Shown piece after piece: positions 52,289-60,950 of a DNA stretch of 64,000 nucleotides (the first letter of the stretch is position 1; every line of letters begins with the position of its first letter). A model generated the notes under the pieces. That model ran no database searches. It was not told the origin of the DNA and saw nothing but the letters and a program-made list of their open reading frames with translations. The stretch covers positions 1,278,859-1,342,858 of the forward strand of contig NZ_CP152375.1 of NCBI RefSeq assembly GCF_051132615.1, written 5' to 3'. A program made the translations under genes and the position numbers. The stretch is from Neisseria sp. Ec49-e6-T10 (GTDB lineage Bacteria > Pseudomonadota > Gammaproteobacteria > Burkholderiales > Neisseriaceae).

Positions 52289-54004
52289 TCACCCCATCAG
52301 ATTAGGCGCATACTGATAAAGATTATCCCCACCCAATAATCCAATAGGATCCTGATTACTAAACCGTCCACTATCCGCATCATAATAGCGCATTAAATTA
52401 TAATGCAATCCCGTCTCAACATCATAATACTGATTTTGAAACCTAAACGGTTGATGACCTTGATGTAGGTTATGCTCTTCGGCTATTTTTCCCCAAGTTT
52501 GGTATTTCGCATACCAAATCAACTCCCCTTTTTCATCGGTTAACTCTTTGGGTAAGCCTACTTGATCTGTATGTAGGTAATTAATAACTATATTTTCACC
52601 AAGACTAATAAATGCTAAGGGAACAAAATTTTCTAATGATCTATCAGTACCTGCTACAGAAATCTCACTACCATAAATATATACAACGCTTCTTTCATAA
52701 CTTCTCTCTTGCAGTAACCGTGCGCCATCCCAAACAAATTCAGTTTTGTTTTCTAGGGTGTTCTTGCTGATTTGTTCTTTTCTGATTCTGCGTCCAAATA
52801 CATCGTAAATGTATTGCCAGTTTTCTTTTGTGCCTTTTTTATCAGTAATAGTGGCTTGTTGTAACTGTTGATTCAGGTTATAACTTAGCTCTAAGGTTCT
52901 ATCCTTCGCTTCTTTCCTCACCATATTACCCAGCTCATCATAATGGTAGGCGATCCCTTGATATGTTTGCACTCGGTTGGCGTGTTTGTCTATGGGTGAG
53001 ACTCCTGGGTCATCTTTTAATGGTGACCATGTCGGGTCACTGAGCATTTGCTCATAATAAGCTTTGTCTTTTATGGGTTGTTTGGGCTTAGGCTGGCTGT
53101 TTTCTTGCGCATCAATAATATTATGCGCTGGGTCAAAGGCAAATAGCTCTTGCCCTGCTTGGGTAATACGCCCTATTTTGTCATAAACGTATTGTAGACT
53201 GCTGCCTCTATTGTCTGACATTCGGGTTAAGTTACCCGCTTTATCGTATTGGTAGCTACGTTTAACGGGGCCACTGGCAATCAGCAGCTTATTTTTGTTT
53301 TTAAGGTCTAAATCTTGTTCAAATGAGGCAACTTGTTGTTTGATGCGCCCCATTGGGTCTAAATCGTAGAAGCTGGTTAGTTTACCTTGGCTGCGGCTGA
53401 TTTCTCGATGTAAGTCGTCCCGCTCAAAATCGCTGATCACTTTGCCGTCTATATTGATTTGGTGTAAATGGCCGCTACCGTAATAGAGGTAATTGATGGT
53501 TTGCCCTGTGGGCAATACGGTGGCAATACGGTTGCCTAACTCATCGTAAAAGTATTGCACTGTTTTGGCGGCGTTGGGGTCTAAAAAGGTTTCTTCTACG
53601 AGGGTTTGTGGGTCTAAATCGTAAGTGCGCTCACAAATCAATTGCCCTAATGGGTCATAATCCAGTTGTATCAGGCTATGTTCGTTTTTGGCTTGAATCA
53701 GTTGATTCAGTTCATTGTATTGGAATGTACTGTGTAGCTCCTGCGCACTTTGGCTGTCATGGGCATTTTTGGCGGTCAGTTGCCCTAAAGCATCACGCTC
53801 GTAGGTTTTTTGGATCAAGGCATTCAATTGGGTTAAATCGACATTGGGGTGATTGACTTGCCCGTAGAGTTTTTCTTGTACCAGTTCTGAGGCTAAGTTG
53901 TAATGGTAGCCGGTGGCTTTGCCATCAAAGCCAATTTCGCCAATTAGGTTATCCAGTATATCGTATCGTAGTGATATTGTTCGGTACTGCTGTAATAACA
54001 ACAA
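52289..54004 (-). CDS. orphan Rhs/YD-repeat fragment (no N-terminus, toxin tip deleted: ends …QYAPNLMG*)
   Basis: 571 aa of YD repeats; about 340 aa identical to residues of the main rhs gene; stops inside the PxxxxDPxGL core so no toxin domain. Confidence 0.8.
   Translation of the reverse strand: MLLLQQYRTISLRYDILDNLIGEIGFDGKATGYHYNLASELVQEKLYGQVNHPNVDLTQLNALIQKTYERDALGQLTAKNAHDSQSAQELHSTFQYNELNQLIQAKNEHSLIQLDYDPLGQLICERTYDLDPQTLVEETFLDPNAAKTVQYFYDELGNRIATVLPTGQTINYLYYGSGHLHQINIDGKVISDFERDDLHREISRSQGKLTSFYDLDPMGRIKQQVASFEQDLDLKNKNKLLIASGPVKRSYQYDKAGNLTRMSDNRGSSLQYVYDKIGRITQAGQELFAFDPAHNIIDAQENSQPKPKQPIKDKAYYEQMLSDPTWSPLKDDPGVSPIDKHANRVQTYQGIAYHYDELGNMVRKEAKDRTLELSYNLNQQLQQATITDKKGTKENWQYIYDVFGRRIRKEQISKNTLENKTEFVWDGARLLQERSYERSVVYIYGSEISVAGTDRSLENFVPLAFISLGENIVINYLHTDQVGLPKELTDEKGELIWYAKYQTWGKIAEEHNLHQGHQPFRFQNQYYDVETGLHYNLMRYYDADSGRFSNQDPIGLLGGDNLYQYAPNLMG
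52289..54004. repeat. Rhs core repeat copy A (paralogue of about 57150..58870; exactly identical block about 53120..53830 = 57981..58691)
   Basis: Identical antisense ORFs 53608..53856 and 58469..58717 prove at least 249 nt identity; by-eye alignment extends perfect identity to about 710 bp with 90-95% flanks. Confidence 0.8.
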
Positions 54005-54078
54005 AATCTCTCCGAACGTTAATAGACCAACTTTAAACCATAGCTTTCCTCAATTATCAACAATAATAGTAATCGAAT

Positions 54079-54660
54079 TTATTCGATTACTATTTTAAAA
54101 TTAGAATTATTTCTACAATATTTTAAAAAACTAATACTACTTTCTCTATCATTATTAAGAGCAATACATCCAAACCCTGTATCATCATGAGGATACACTG
54201 CAATATTAAGCTCAGGATTAATATAAAAACAAACCTGCCCGATAATACCAGAATGACTCATCATGAGTTTAGAAAGCATAATAAAATGATCATAATTAAA
54301 ACTAAAATCTAATGAACTAATTGGTAAAGAGCTATCACCATATAAATAGCTCTCAAAACTATCACTCATTGTTTTTAAGATTCCATTTTTTATAAAAAAT
54401 AAAAATGCATCATTATATTCTGCGAGAATTTCAGGATCACTCTCCGTTTTATCATCAAAAGATAATGCTGTCATGATAAAGAAATTATTATACTTACCAA
54501 AATAATCATCAAACATACTTACAGATTCTTGTACAATTTCAGAAGAATAACCATTTAACCGTTCAAAATATCCCACCCATCCTTTAGATGTACTGAATCC
54601 ATCGAAATTAAAATCCTCGAGTGAAACTTTTTTATCTATCAATTTTAATAATTTTTCCAT
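54079..54660 (-). CDS. immunity protein cognate to orphan Rhs toxin tip 2
   Basis: 193 aa, overlaps the 3' end of the orphan rhs fragment by 29 nt, as is typical for rhs toxin/immunity pairs. Confidence 0.6.
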   Translation of the reverse strand: MEKLLKLIDKKVSLEDFNFDGFSTSKGWVGYFERLNGYSSEIVQESVSMFDDYFGKYNNFFIMTALSFDDKTESDPEILAEYNDAFLFFIKNGILKTMSDSFESYLYGDSSLPISSLDFSFNYDHFIMLSKLMMSHSGIIGQVCFYINPELNIAVYPHDDTGFGCIALNNDRESSISFLKYCRNNSNFKIVIE

Positions 54661-55866
54661 CGCTTATCCCTACAGTTATCTTTTTGCTTTTATTAGGTGC
54701 AGACTTACCTATACCAACTTTCCATTCACCTGCTTTATCAGAGTGTGTAGTATGACTTTTACTCCATATTTCATTTGTGTGTTTATTTTTCCAATTTCCT
54801 TTATTTGCACGAGTAAAATCAGAAGGATGGGAAGTTGGTGTTCTCACAACATCGCCGACATTAGCATTATTAACTTTCTTTTTAGGATCGTCTAAATAAC
54901 ATTTAAACCCCCAAGGATCAATCCACCCCATCGGATTAGGCGCATACTGATAAAGGTTCGTCCCACCCAACAACCCAATCGGATCCTGATTGCTAAACCG
55001 CCCACTGTCCGCATCATAGTAACGCATTAAGTTATAATGCAGCCCTGTCTCAGCATCGTAATACTGGTTCTGGAACCTAAACGGTTGGTGACCTTGGTGT
55101 AGGTTATGCTCCTCGCTTACTTTACCCCAGGTCTGATATTTTGCATACCAAATCAACTCACCTTTTTCGTCGGTAAGCTCTTTAGGCAAACCGACTTGGT
55201 CTGTATGCAAGAAGTTTATTTGTGGCTCTTCTTGCTCTGGCTCTAATACGATTTGCGCTAAGGGTTCAAATCCTTCCTCTCGATAAATATAAGTAAAGGT
55301 TCGTTTATCGGTGCTTTCTTGTAATAACCGTGCACCATCCCATACAAATTCGGTTTTCTTTTCTATGACGTTATTGCTGATTTGTTCTTTTCTGATCCTG
55401 CGTCCAAAGACATCATAGGTATATTGCCAGCTTTCTTGTTTCTCTATTTTGCTATTGTGCGTTATATTCGCTGTAATTAATTGCTGGTTAAGGTTATAAC
55501 TCAGCTCTAAGGTCTTATCCTCCGCCTCTTTCCTCACCATATTACCCAGCTCATCATAATGGTAAGTAATCCCTTGATAGCTTTGCACTCGGTTGGCGTG
55601 TTTGTCTATGGGTGAGACTTCGGGGTCGTCTTTTAACGGTGACCATGTCGGGTCACTGAGCATTTGCTCATAATAAGCTTTGTCTTTTATGGGTTGTTTG
55701 GGCTTAGGTTGGCTGTTTTCTTGCGCATCAATAATATTATGCGCTGGGTCAAAGGCAAAGGTTTCTTGCCCTGCTTGGGTAATGCGTCCTATTTTGTCGT
55801 AAACGTAGCGTAAATTGTTGCCTCTGATGATATATCTATTATTTTTAAAACCCCATCTTTCACACC
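54632..55866 (-). CDS. orphan Rhs C-terminal fragment with alternative toxin tip (DPWGF-KCYLDDPKKK…); 5'-truncated, no start codon (first Met at 55663)
   Basis: Frame open from 55866; homologous to the main rhs 3' region (…RYVYDKIGRITQAGQ… …DPIGLLGGTNLYQYAPNPMGWIDPWGF) then a unique 100-aa C-terminus. Confidence 0.75.
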
Positions 55867-55896
55867 TCTAAACTTGGTCAGTATGCAGGTAATTTA

Positions 55897-56289
55897 CTAT
55901 ATTACTCCAAAATCCAATTCATCATAAACACATATACACCACGTTTCTTTCTTTCCAAGTAGATAGTTTTCTCCAGGATAATCCGTTAAAAATTTAAGAA
56001 CCAGCCTCAAAGCTGAAAAATCAATTAAATATCCTTGCTCGAAATCATAGCCAAATAAAATAATTTGCTGAGTGTCATTTATAGGGTACAATTGTTGAAT
56101 CATAAAGTAAAATTCGTCTACCTCAGCAATATTTTTCCTTTCATGTAAACTTAACTGACTCCAAGCAATTCTAGAACCCACAAAAGGAAATTTTTCCATA
56201 TTTGTATACCCATCAATTTCGTCATCAGCTAGAATAGAAAAAGTAATTCCCTCTCGTTCAGCAAATTCTATAAATTCTAAATCGTACAT
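55897..56289 (-). CDS. orphan immunity-like protein
   Basis: 130 aa acidic protein flanked on both sides by short rhs remnants (56340..56395 and 55860..55896). Confidence 0.5.
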   Translation of the reverse strand: MYDLEFIEFAEREGITFSILADDEIDGYTNMEKFPFVGSRIAWSQLSLHERKNIAEVDEFYFMIQQLYPINDTQQIILFGYDFEQGYLIDFSALRLVLKFLTDYPGENYLLGKKETWCICVYDELDFGVI

Positions 56290-56521
56290 ATTAACCTCTA
56301 ACGTCCAAATCTTCTCTGAATTTTTGTAACAGTTTTTGTGGTTTTTACCACTTCGGTTTTGTTTTCTATAGCGTTATTACTGATTTGTTCTTTTTTATTA
56401 AATTGTTGATTACTTATTTAAGAAAAGTATCCAATTTAAATTTTAATCGAACCTCTTCTATATTTTTAAGCACAATATTTCAAAAGGACTATTTTTGTTG
56501 TAACAAGGGCTTATCAAGTAA

Positions 56522-56854
56522 TTAATTTTCTATATGATCCAGCATTAACATAATTTCATTTTTGGATTTATCGTAAGGAGGCTTCCATAGTTGGCAATCC
56601 TCTTCTAACCAATCATCATATTCAGATGGAGAGATATTTTTTTGCAGTTCTTTATACAATACTTTTCTGGTAAAGGATAATTTATCTAAAACTTTTTTCT
56701 CTTTAAAAAATAATAAAAGTGCCATGGACATGGTTTCCCTATCTAAGAAACCAGAAGCAATTTTATCTACTACTGTTACAATTTCTTCAAGATATAAGGT
56801 TGAAGTTTTAACATCATTAATGTTTAATTTATTATCATTTTTCAATTTAGCCAC
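56522..56854 (-). CDS. immunity protein cognate to main Rhs toxin
   Basis: 110 aa, start overlaps the rhs stop by 8 nt. Confidence 0.6.
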   Translation of the reverse strand: MAKLKNDNKLNINDVKTSTLYLEEIVTVVDKIASGFLDRETMSMALLLFFKEKKVLDKLSFTRKVLYKELQKNISPSEYDDWLEEDCQLWKPPYDKSKNEIMLMLDHIEN

Positions 56855-59800
56855 ACCTTTTCACAAATTTAGTTGTTTTTTCATCTAATTCAACATCACC
56901 TTTTATTTTATACTCTTCTACGCCTAAATCATTCTTCCTAAACTCTACTCTGTTTTCATCTATGTCAAAATCTATATAATTTCTAGCGTGATTTTGTTTT
57001 ATTTTAAATTTATCTGCAGCATCAGCCATACTGAAGGGCTTTCCTTTTGCTTTTGTTGCAAAAACAGCATTTTGATCACCAGCCTTAATCACCATACTTT
57101 GTTTTATTCCTTCAAATCCCTTATTACTTGTATAGTGTCTTAATCTAATTAGAGCAAGTCCAAAAGGATCAATCCACCCCATCGGATTAGGCGCATACTG
57201 ATAAAGATTCATCCCACCCATCAACCCAATCGGATCCTGATTACTAAACCTTCCACTATCTGCATCATAGTAACGCATTAAGTTATAATGCAGTCCTGTC
57301 TCAGCATCGTAATACTGGTTCTGAAATCTAAACGGTTGATGACCTTGGTGTAGGTTATGCTCTTCGGCTACTTTTCCCCAAGTTTGGTATTTCGCATACC
57401 AAATCAACTCCCCTTTTTCATCGGTTAACTCTTTGGGTAAGCCTACTTGATCTGTATGTAGGTAATTGACTTGTGGTTCTTCTTGCTCTGCCTCTAATAC
57501 GATTTGTGCTAAAGGCTCAAAACCCTCTTCTCGATAAATATAACTAAAGGTTCGTTTATCTACTTTTTCTTGTAATAATCTTAAGCCATCCCAAATAAAT
57601 TCAGTTTTATTTGTAGATGCATTATTGTGGATTTGTTCTTTTCTAATCCTGCGCCCAAACACATCGTAAGTATATTGCCAGTTTTCCTGTATGCTTTTTG
57701 TGTCAGTAATGGTAGCTTGTTCTAACTGTTGATTCAGATTGTAACTTAGCACTAAGGTTCTATCCTTGGCTTCTTTCCTCACCATATTACCCAATTCATC
57801 ATAATGGTACGTAATCCCTTGATAGCTTTGTACTCGATTGGCTTGTTTGTCTATAGGGGAAACTTCTGGGTCGTCTTTTAACGGTGACCATGTCGGGTCA
57901 CTGAGCATGTGCTCGTAATAGGCTTTGTCTTTTATGGGTTGTTTGGGCTTAGGTTGGCTGTTTTCTTGCGCATCAATGATATTATGCGCTGGGTCAAAGG
58001 CAAATAGCTCTTGCCCTGCTTGGGTAATACGCCCTATTTTGTCATAAACGTATTGTAGACTGCTGCCTCTATTGTCTGACATTCGGGTTAAGTTACCCGC
58101 TTTATCGTATTGGTAGCTACGTTTAACGGGGCCACTGGCAATCAGCAGCTTATTTTTGTTTTTAAGGTCTAAATCTTGTTCAAATGAGGCAACTTGTTGT
58201 TTGATGCGCCCCATTGGGTCTAAATCGTAGAAGCTGGTTAGTTTACCTTGGCTGCGGCTGATTTCTCGATGTAAGTCGTCCCGCTCAAAATCGCTGATCA
58301 CTTTGCCGTCTATATTGATTTGGTGTAAATGGCCGCTACCGTAATAGAGGTAATTGATGGTTTGCCCTGTGGGCAATACGGTGGCAATACGGTTGCCTAA
58401 CTCATCGTAAAAGTATTGCACTGTTTTGGCGGCGTTGGGGTCTAAAAAGGTTTCTTCTACGAGGGTTTGTGGGTCTAAATCGTAAGTGCGCTCACAAATC
58501 AATTGCCCTAATGGGTCATAATCCAGTTGTATCAGGCTATGTTCGTTTTTGGCTTGAATCAGTTGATTCAGTTCATTGTATTGGAATGTACTGTGTAGCT
58601 CCTGCGCACTTTGGCTGTCATGGGCATTTTTGGCGGTCAGTTGCCCTAAAGCATCACGCTCGTAGGTTTTTTGGATCAAGGCATTCAATTGGGTTAAATC
58701 GACATTGGGGTGATTGACTTGCCCATACAGTTTTTCTTGTACCAGTTCCGAGGCTAAGTTGTAATGATAGCCTGTGGCTTTACCATCAAAGCCAATTTCA
58801 CCAATCAGGTTATCGAGGATGTCGTACTGAAAATAGTAGTTGTCTTTGTTTTCATTGGTCAGGCGATTTAAACGTCGAGCCAAATCATAATGGTAATGAA
58901 ACTGATGCCCTAATGCGTTGGTACGCATAATGGGTAAACCATCTTGGCTATATTGGTATTCAGTCGGGTTGCCTAATCCATCTAAATGTTGAATCAGCCG
59001 CCCAGCTTCATCGTAATGATATTGTTCGGTACTGCCGTCAGGGTAACTGATTCGGGTTAAATGGTTTTGCTCATTATATTGGTAATGAGTGTTGTAGCCT
59101 AAGGCATCAATCACACGTATCAAATTGCCTTTGGCATCGTAATTAAGTTCTGTACGTTTTTGCGAACAATCGGTTAAGGCAATAAGTTGATGCTTATGAT
59201 CATATTCTAGCTGGGTTTCACCACCTTTGGCGTTTTGGATCACCACAGGTAAACCTAGGTGGTTATACTGGTATTCCGTCACATTTTTTTTGCTATCGGT
59301 AACAGTCAGCAGGTTGCCTTTTTCATCATAGGTGTAATCGGTGCTGTTGCCTTGTGCATCAATGACTTCTTGCAACTGGTATTGTTCATTGTAGGTGTAA
59401 TTGGTGGTTTGCCCCAAAGCATTGGTGATGCTGTTAATTTGTCCTTCTAAGGTATAGGTATAGCGGGTCTCTCGCCCTAAAGCATCTGTTTCCAGTAAAA
59501 CGCGACCATAATTATCCCGTTCTGTCTCGATCAATACATCATCATAGCGTTTATGGGCAATGATTTCTCGATTAAAGTCATACACAAAGGTTTCTTCGCG
59601 CCCTAATGGGTCGGTCACAATGGTATGCCCAGGTTGATAATCAAAATACCAGTGTTCGTCTAAACTGGTAAAGTTATGCAGTACCCTGCCTTCTTTGCTG
59701 TATTCATCATATTCATATTGCGATACATAACCTGCTGCATTTTGGTGTTTGATCATCACATGATTGCGATACGCAAATTGCCGTGTCACCACCCCTTGCG

Positions 59801-60899
59801 CATTTTCTACGGTAATTAAGTCACCTTCTTCGCTGTAACCATAGCGAACCAACAGCGCACCTTTACCTTTTTGGTTTGGGTCTGTGCTGTAATACTCTTT
59901 CCACGTAATTTCGGTCAAACGCCATAAAGGTGCACTCAGTTGTTGCTTCAGTTGATCGTTGTATTTGGTAATATCACTAAAATGAAATTGAATCACCCGC
60001 CCACTGCTGTCAATCAACTCTTTTAATTGTTGGGTGTATTCATCGTAAATCAAACGTTGATGGTGTTCATTGCGGTCAACCATTGCCACTAAGGGTAAAT
60101 AATGGCTGTTCTCTCCTTGTGGGTCATGTTGATCTAGCCCAATAGGGGCAAACCAAAGTTTAACACCCTGATCGACACTGGCAATTTCGTATTTGCCATT
60201 ATCCAGCCTTTTAAACCAAATTTGTTCGGTGGCATGATAAACGGCTTCTTCATCCTCTTCCATAAAGGGGAGGGATATTTCTCGACCTTGTTCGTCTATG
60301 TAGGTAAATCGATCTTCTTTACGAATCAATCGTGTACTGTAAAATACCGACCAGCCTTGCCCTAACCAGCCATTGCCCTCTTGATCAGAATAATAACTAC
60401 GGCTCCAGTTAAGGGGCATTGGCCCATCAAAGTTAAAGTCTTGTTCCCCTGGTAAGAGTTTAATACCCAATATCGGGTTAACAGGTGCCCCCTTCATTTC
60501 ATTATTTTTACAAGAGACACATTCATTGTAACTATCGTTAACACGCCCGCCACTTCGATTATTCATCCAAAATATATCACCTGTTCGGACAATATATTTA
60601 CCGCCAATTTTGACAGTAAAACTATGTAAGAGAGAAAAACATGTTTCCTCTTTTGTTGCTGTTGCTAATCCAGCCTTTGCGGGCTGATCCCCCTTTACGC
60701 CTTTTGTCGCACTCTCTCCATGCACAAAAGCGGGTTTACCATTAAGCAAAGTATTCTCTGCAACACCTTTAGAATCACCTAAATCAATAAAAACGAAAAA
60801 AGGAACAGGATTGGGAGCAGGTGGTGCCCAACAAAAATCAGGGACATTACAAATTACTTTATAAGATTTATCCTTACGAGCTGCTTTCATTACGGCCAT
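56847..60899 (-). CDS. rhs: Rhs-family T6SS effector: N-terminal PAAR-like domain, YD repeats, RHS core (DPxGL), C-terminal toxin tip of unknown activity
   Basis: 1350 aa; N-terminus …ICNVPDFCWAPPAPNPVPFF… resembles PAAR-like (DUF4150) modules; dozens of YD repeats; …YDADSGRFSNQDPIGLMGGMNLYQYAPNPMGWIDPFGL followed by a 107-aa variable C-terminus; directly downstream of tssH. Confidence 0.88.
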   Translation of the reverse strand: MAVMKAARKDKSYKVICNVPDFCWAPPAPNPVPFFVFIDLGDSKGVAENTLLNGKPAFVHGESATKGVKGDQPAKAGLATATKEETCFSLLHSFTVKIGGKYIVRTGDIFWMNNRSGGRVNDSYNECVSCKNNEMKGAPVNPILGIKLLPGEQDFNFDGPMPLNWSRSYYSDQEGNGWLGQGWSVFYSTRLIRKEDRFTYIDEQGREISLPFMEEDEEAVYHATEQIWFKRLDNGKYEIASVDQGVKLWFAPIGLDQHDPQGENSHYLPLVAMVDRNEHHQRLIYDEYTQQLKELIDSSGRVIQFHFSDITKYNDQLKQQLSAPLWRLTEITWKEYYSTDPNQKGKGALLVRYGYSEEGDLITVENAQGVVTRQFAYRNHVMIKHQNAAGYVSQYEYDEYSKEGRVLHNFTSLDEHWYFDYQPGHTIVTDPLGREETFVYDFNREIIAHKRYDDVLIETERDNYGRVLLETDALGRETRYTYTLEGQINSITNALGQTTNYTYNEQYQLQEVIDAQGNSTDYTYDEKGNLLTVTDSKKNVTEYQYNHLGLPVVIQNAKGGETQLEYDHKHQLIALTDCSQKRTELNYDAKGNLIRVIDALGYNTHYQYNEQNHLTRISYPDGSTEQYHYDEAGRLIQHLDGLGNPTEYQYSQDGLPIMRTNALGHQFHYHYDLARRLNRLTNENKDNYYFQYDILDNLIGEIGFDGKATGYHYNLASELVQEKLYGQVNHPNVDLTQLNALIQKTYERDALGQLTAKNAHDSQSAQELHSTFQYNELNQLIQAKNEHSLIQLDYDPLGQLICERTYDLDPQTLVEETFLDPNAAKTVQYFYDELGNRIATVLPTGQTINYLYYGSGHLHQINIDGKVISDFERDDLHREISRSQGKLTSFYDLDPMGRIKQQVASFEQDLDLKNKNKLLIASGPVKRSYQYDKAGNLTRMSDNRGSSLQYVYDKIGRITQAGQELFAFDPAHNIIDAQENSQPKPKQPIKDKAYYEHMLSDPTWSPLKDDPEVSPIDKQANRVQSYQGITYHYDELGNMVRKEAKDRTLVLSYNLNQQLEQATITDTKSIQENWQYTYDVFGRRIRKEQIHNNASTNKTEFIWDGLRLLQEKVDKRTFSYIYREEGFEPLAQIVLEAEQEEPQVNYLHTDQVGLPKELTDEKGELIWYAKYQTWGKVAEEHNLHQGHQPFRFQNQYYDAETGLHYNLMRYYDADSGRFSNQDPIGLMGGMNLYQYAPNPMGWIDPFGLALIRLRHYTSNKGFEGIKQSMVIKAGDQNAVFATKAKGKPFSMADAADKFKIKQNHARNYIDFDIDENRVEFRKNDLGVEEYKIKGDVELDEKTTKFVKRCG

Positions 60900-60950
60900 T
60901 TTTGCTCTCCTTCACACCTTATCTAAAGCCAAACAGGTTACAACCATTAT

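Noticed and set aside
53608-53856. 82-aa plus-strand ORF, identical copy at 58469..58717
   Set aside because: Both lie antisense inside the Rhs YD-repeat coding sequence; their identity simply reflects the duplicated rhs block, not a real duplicated gene.
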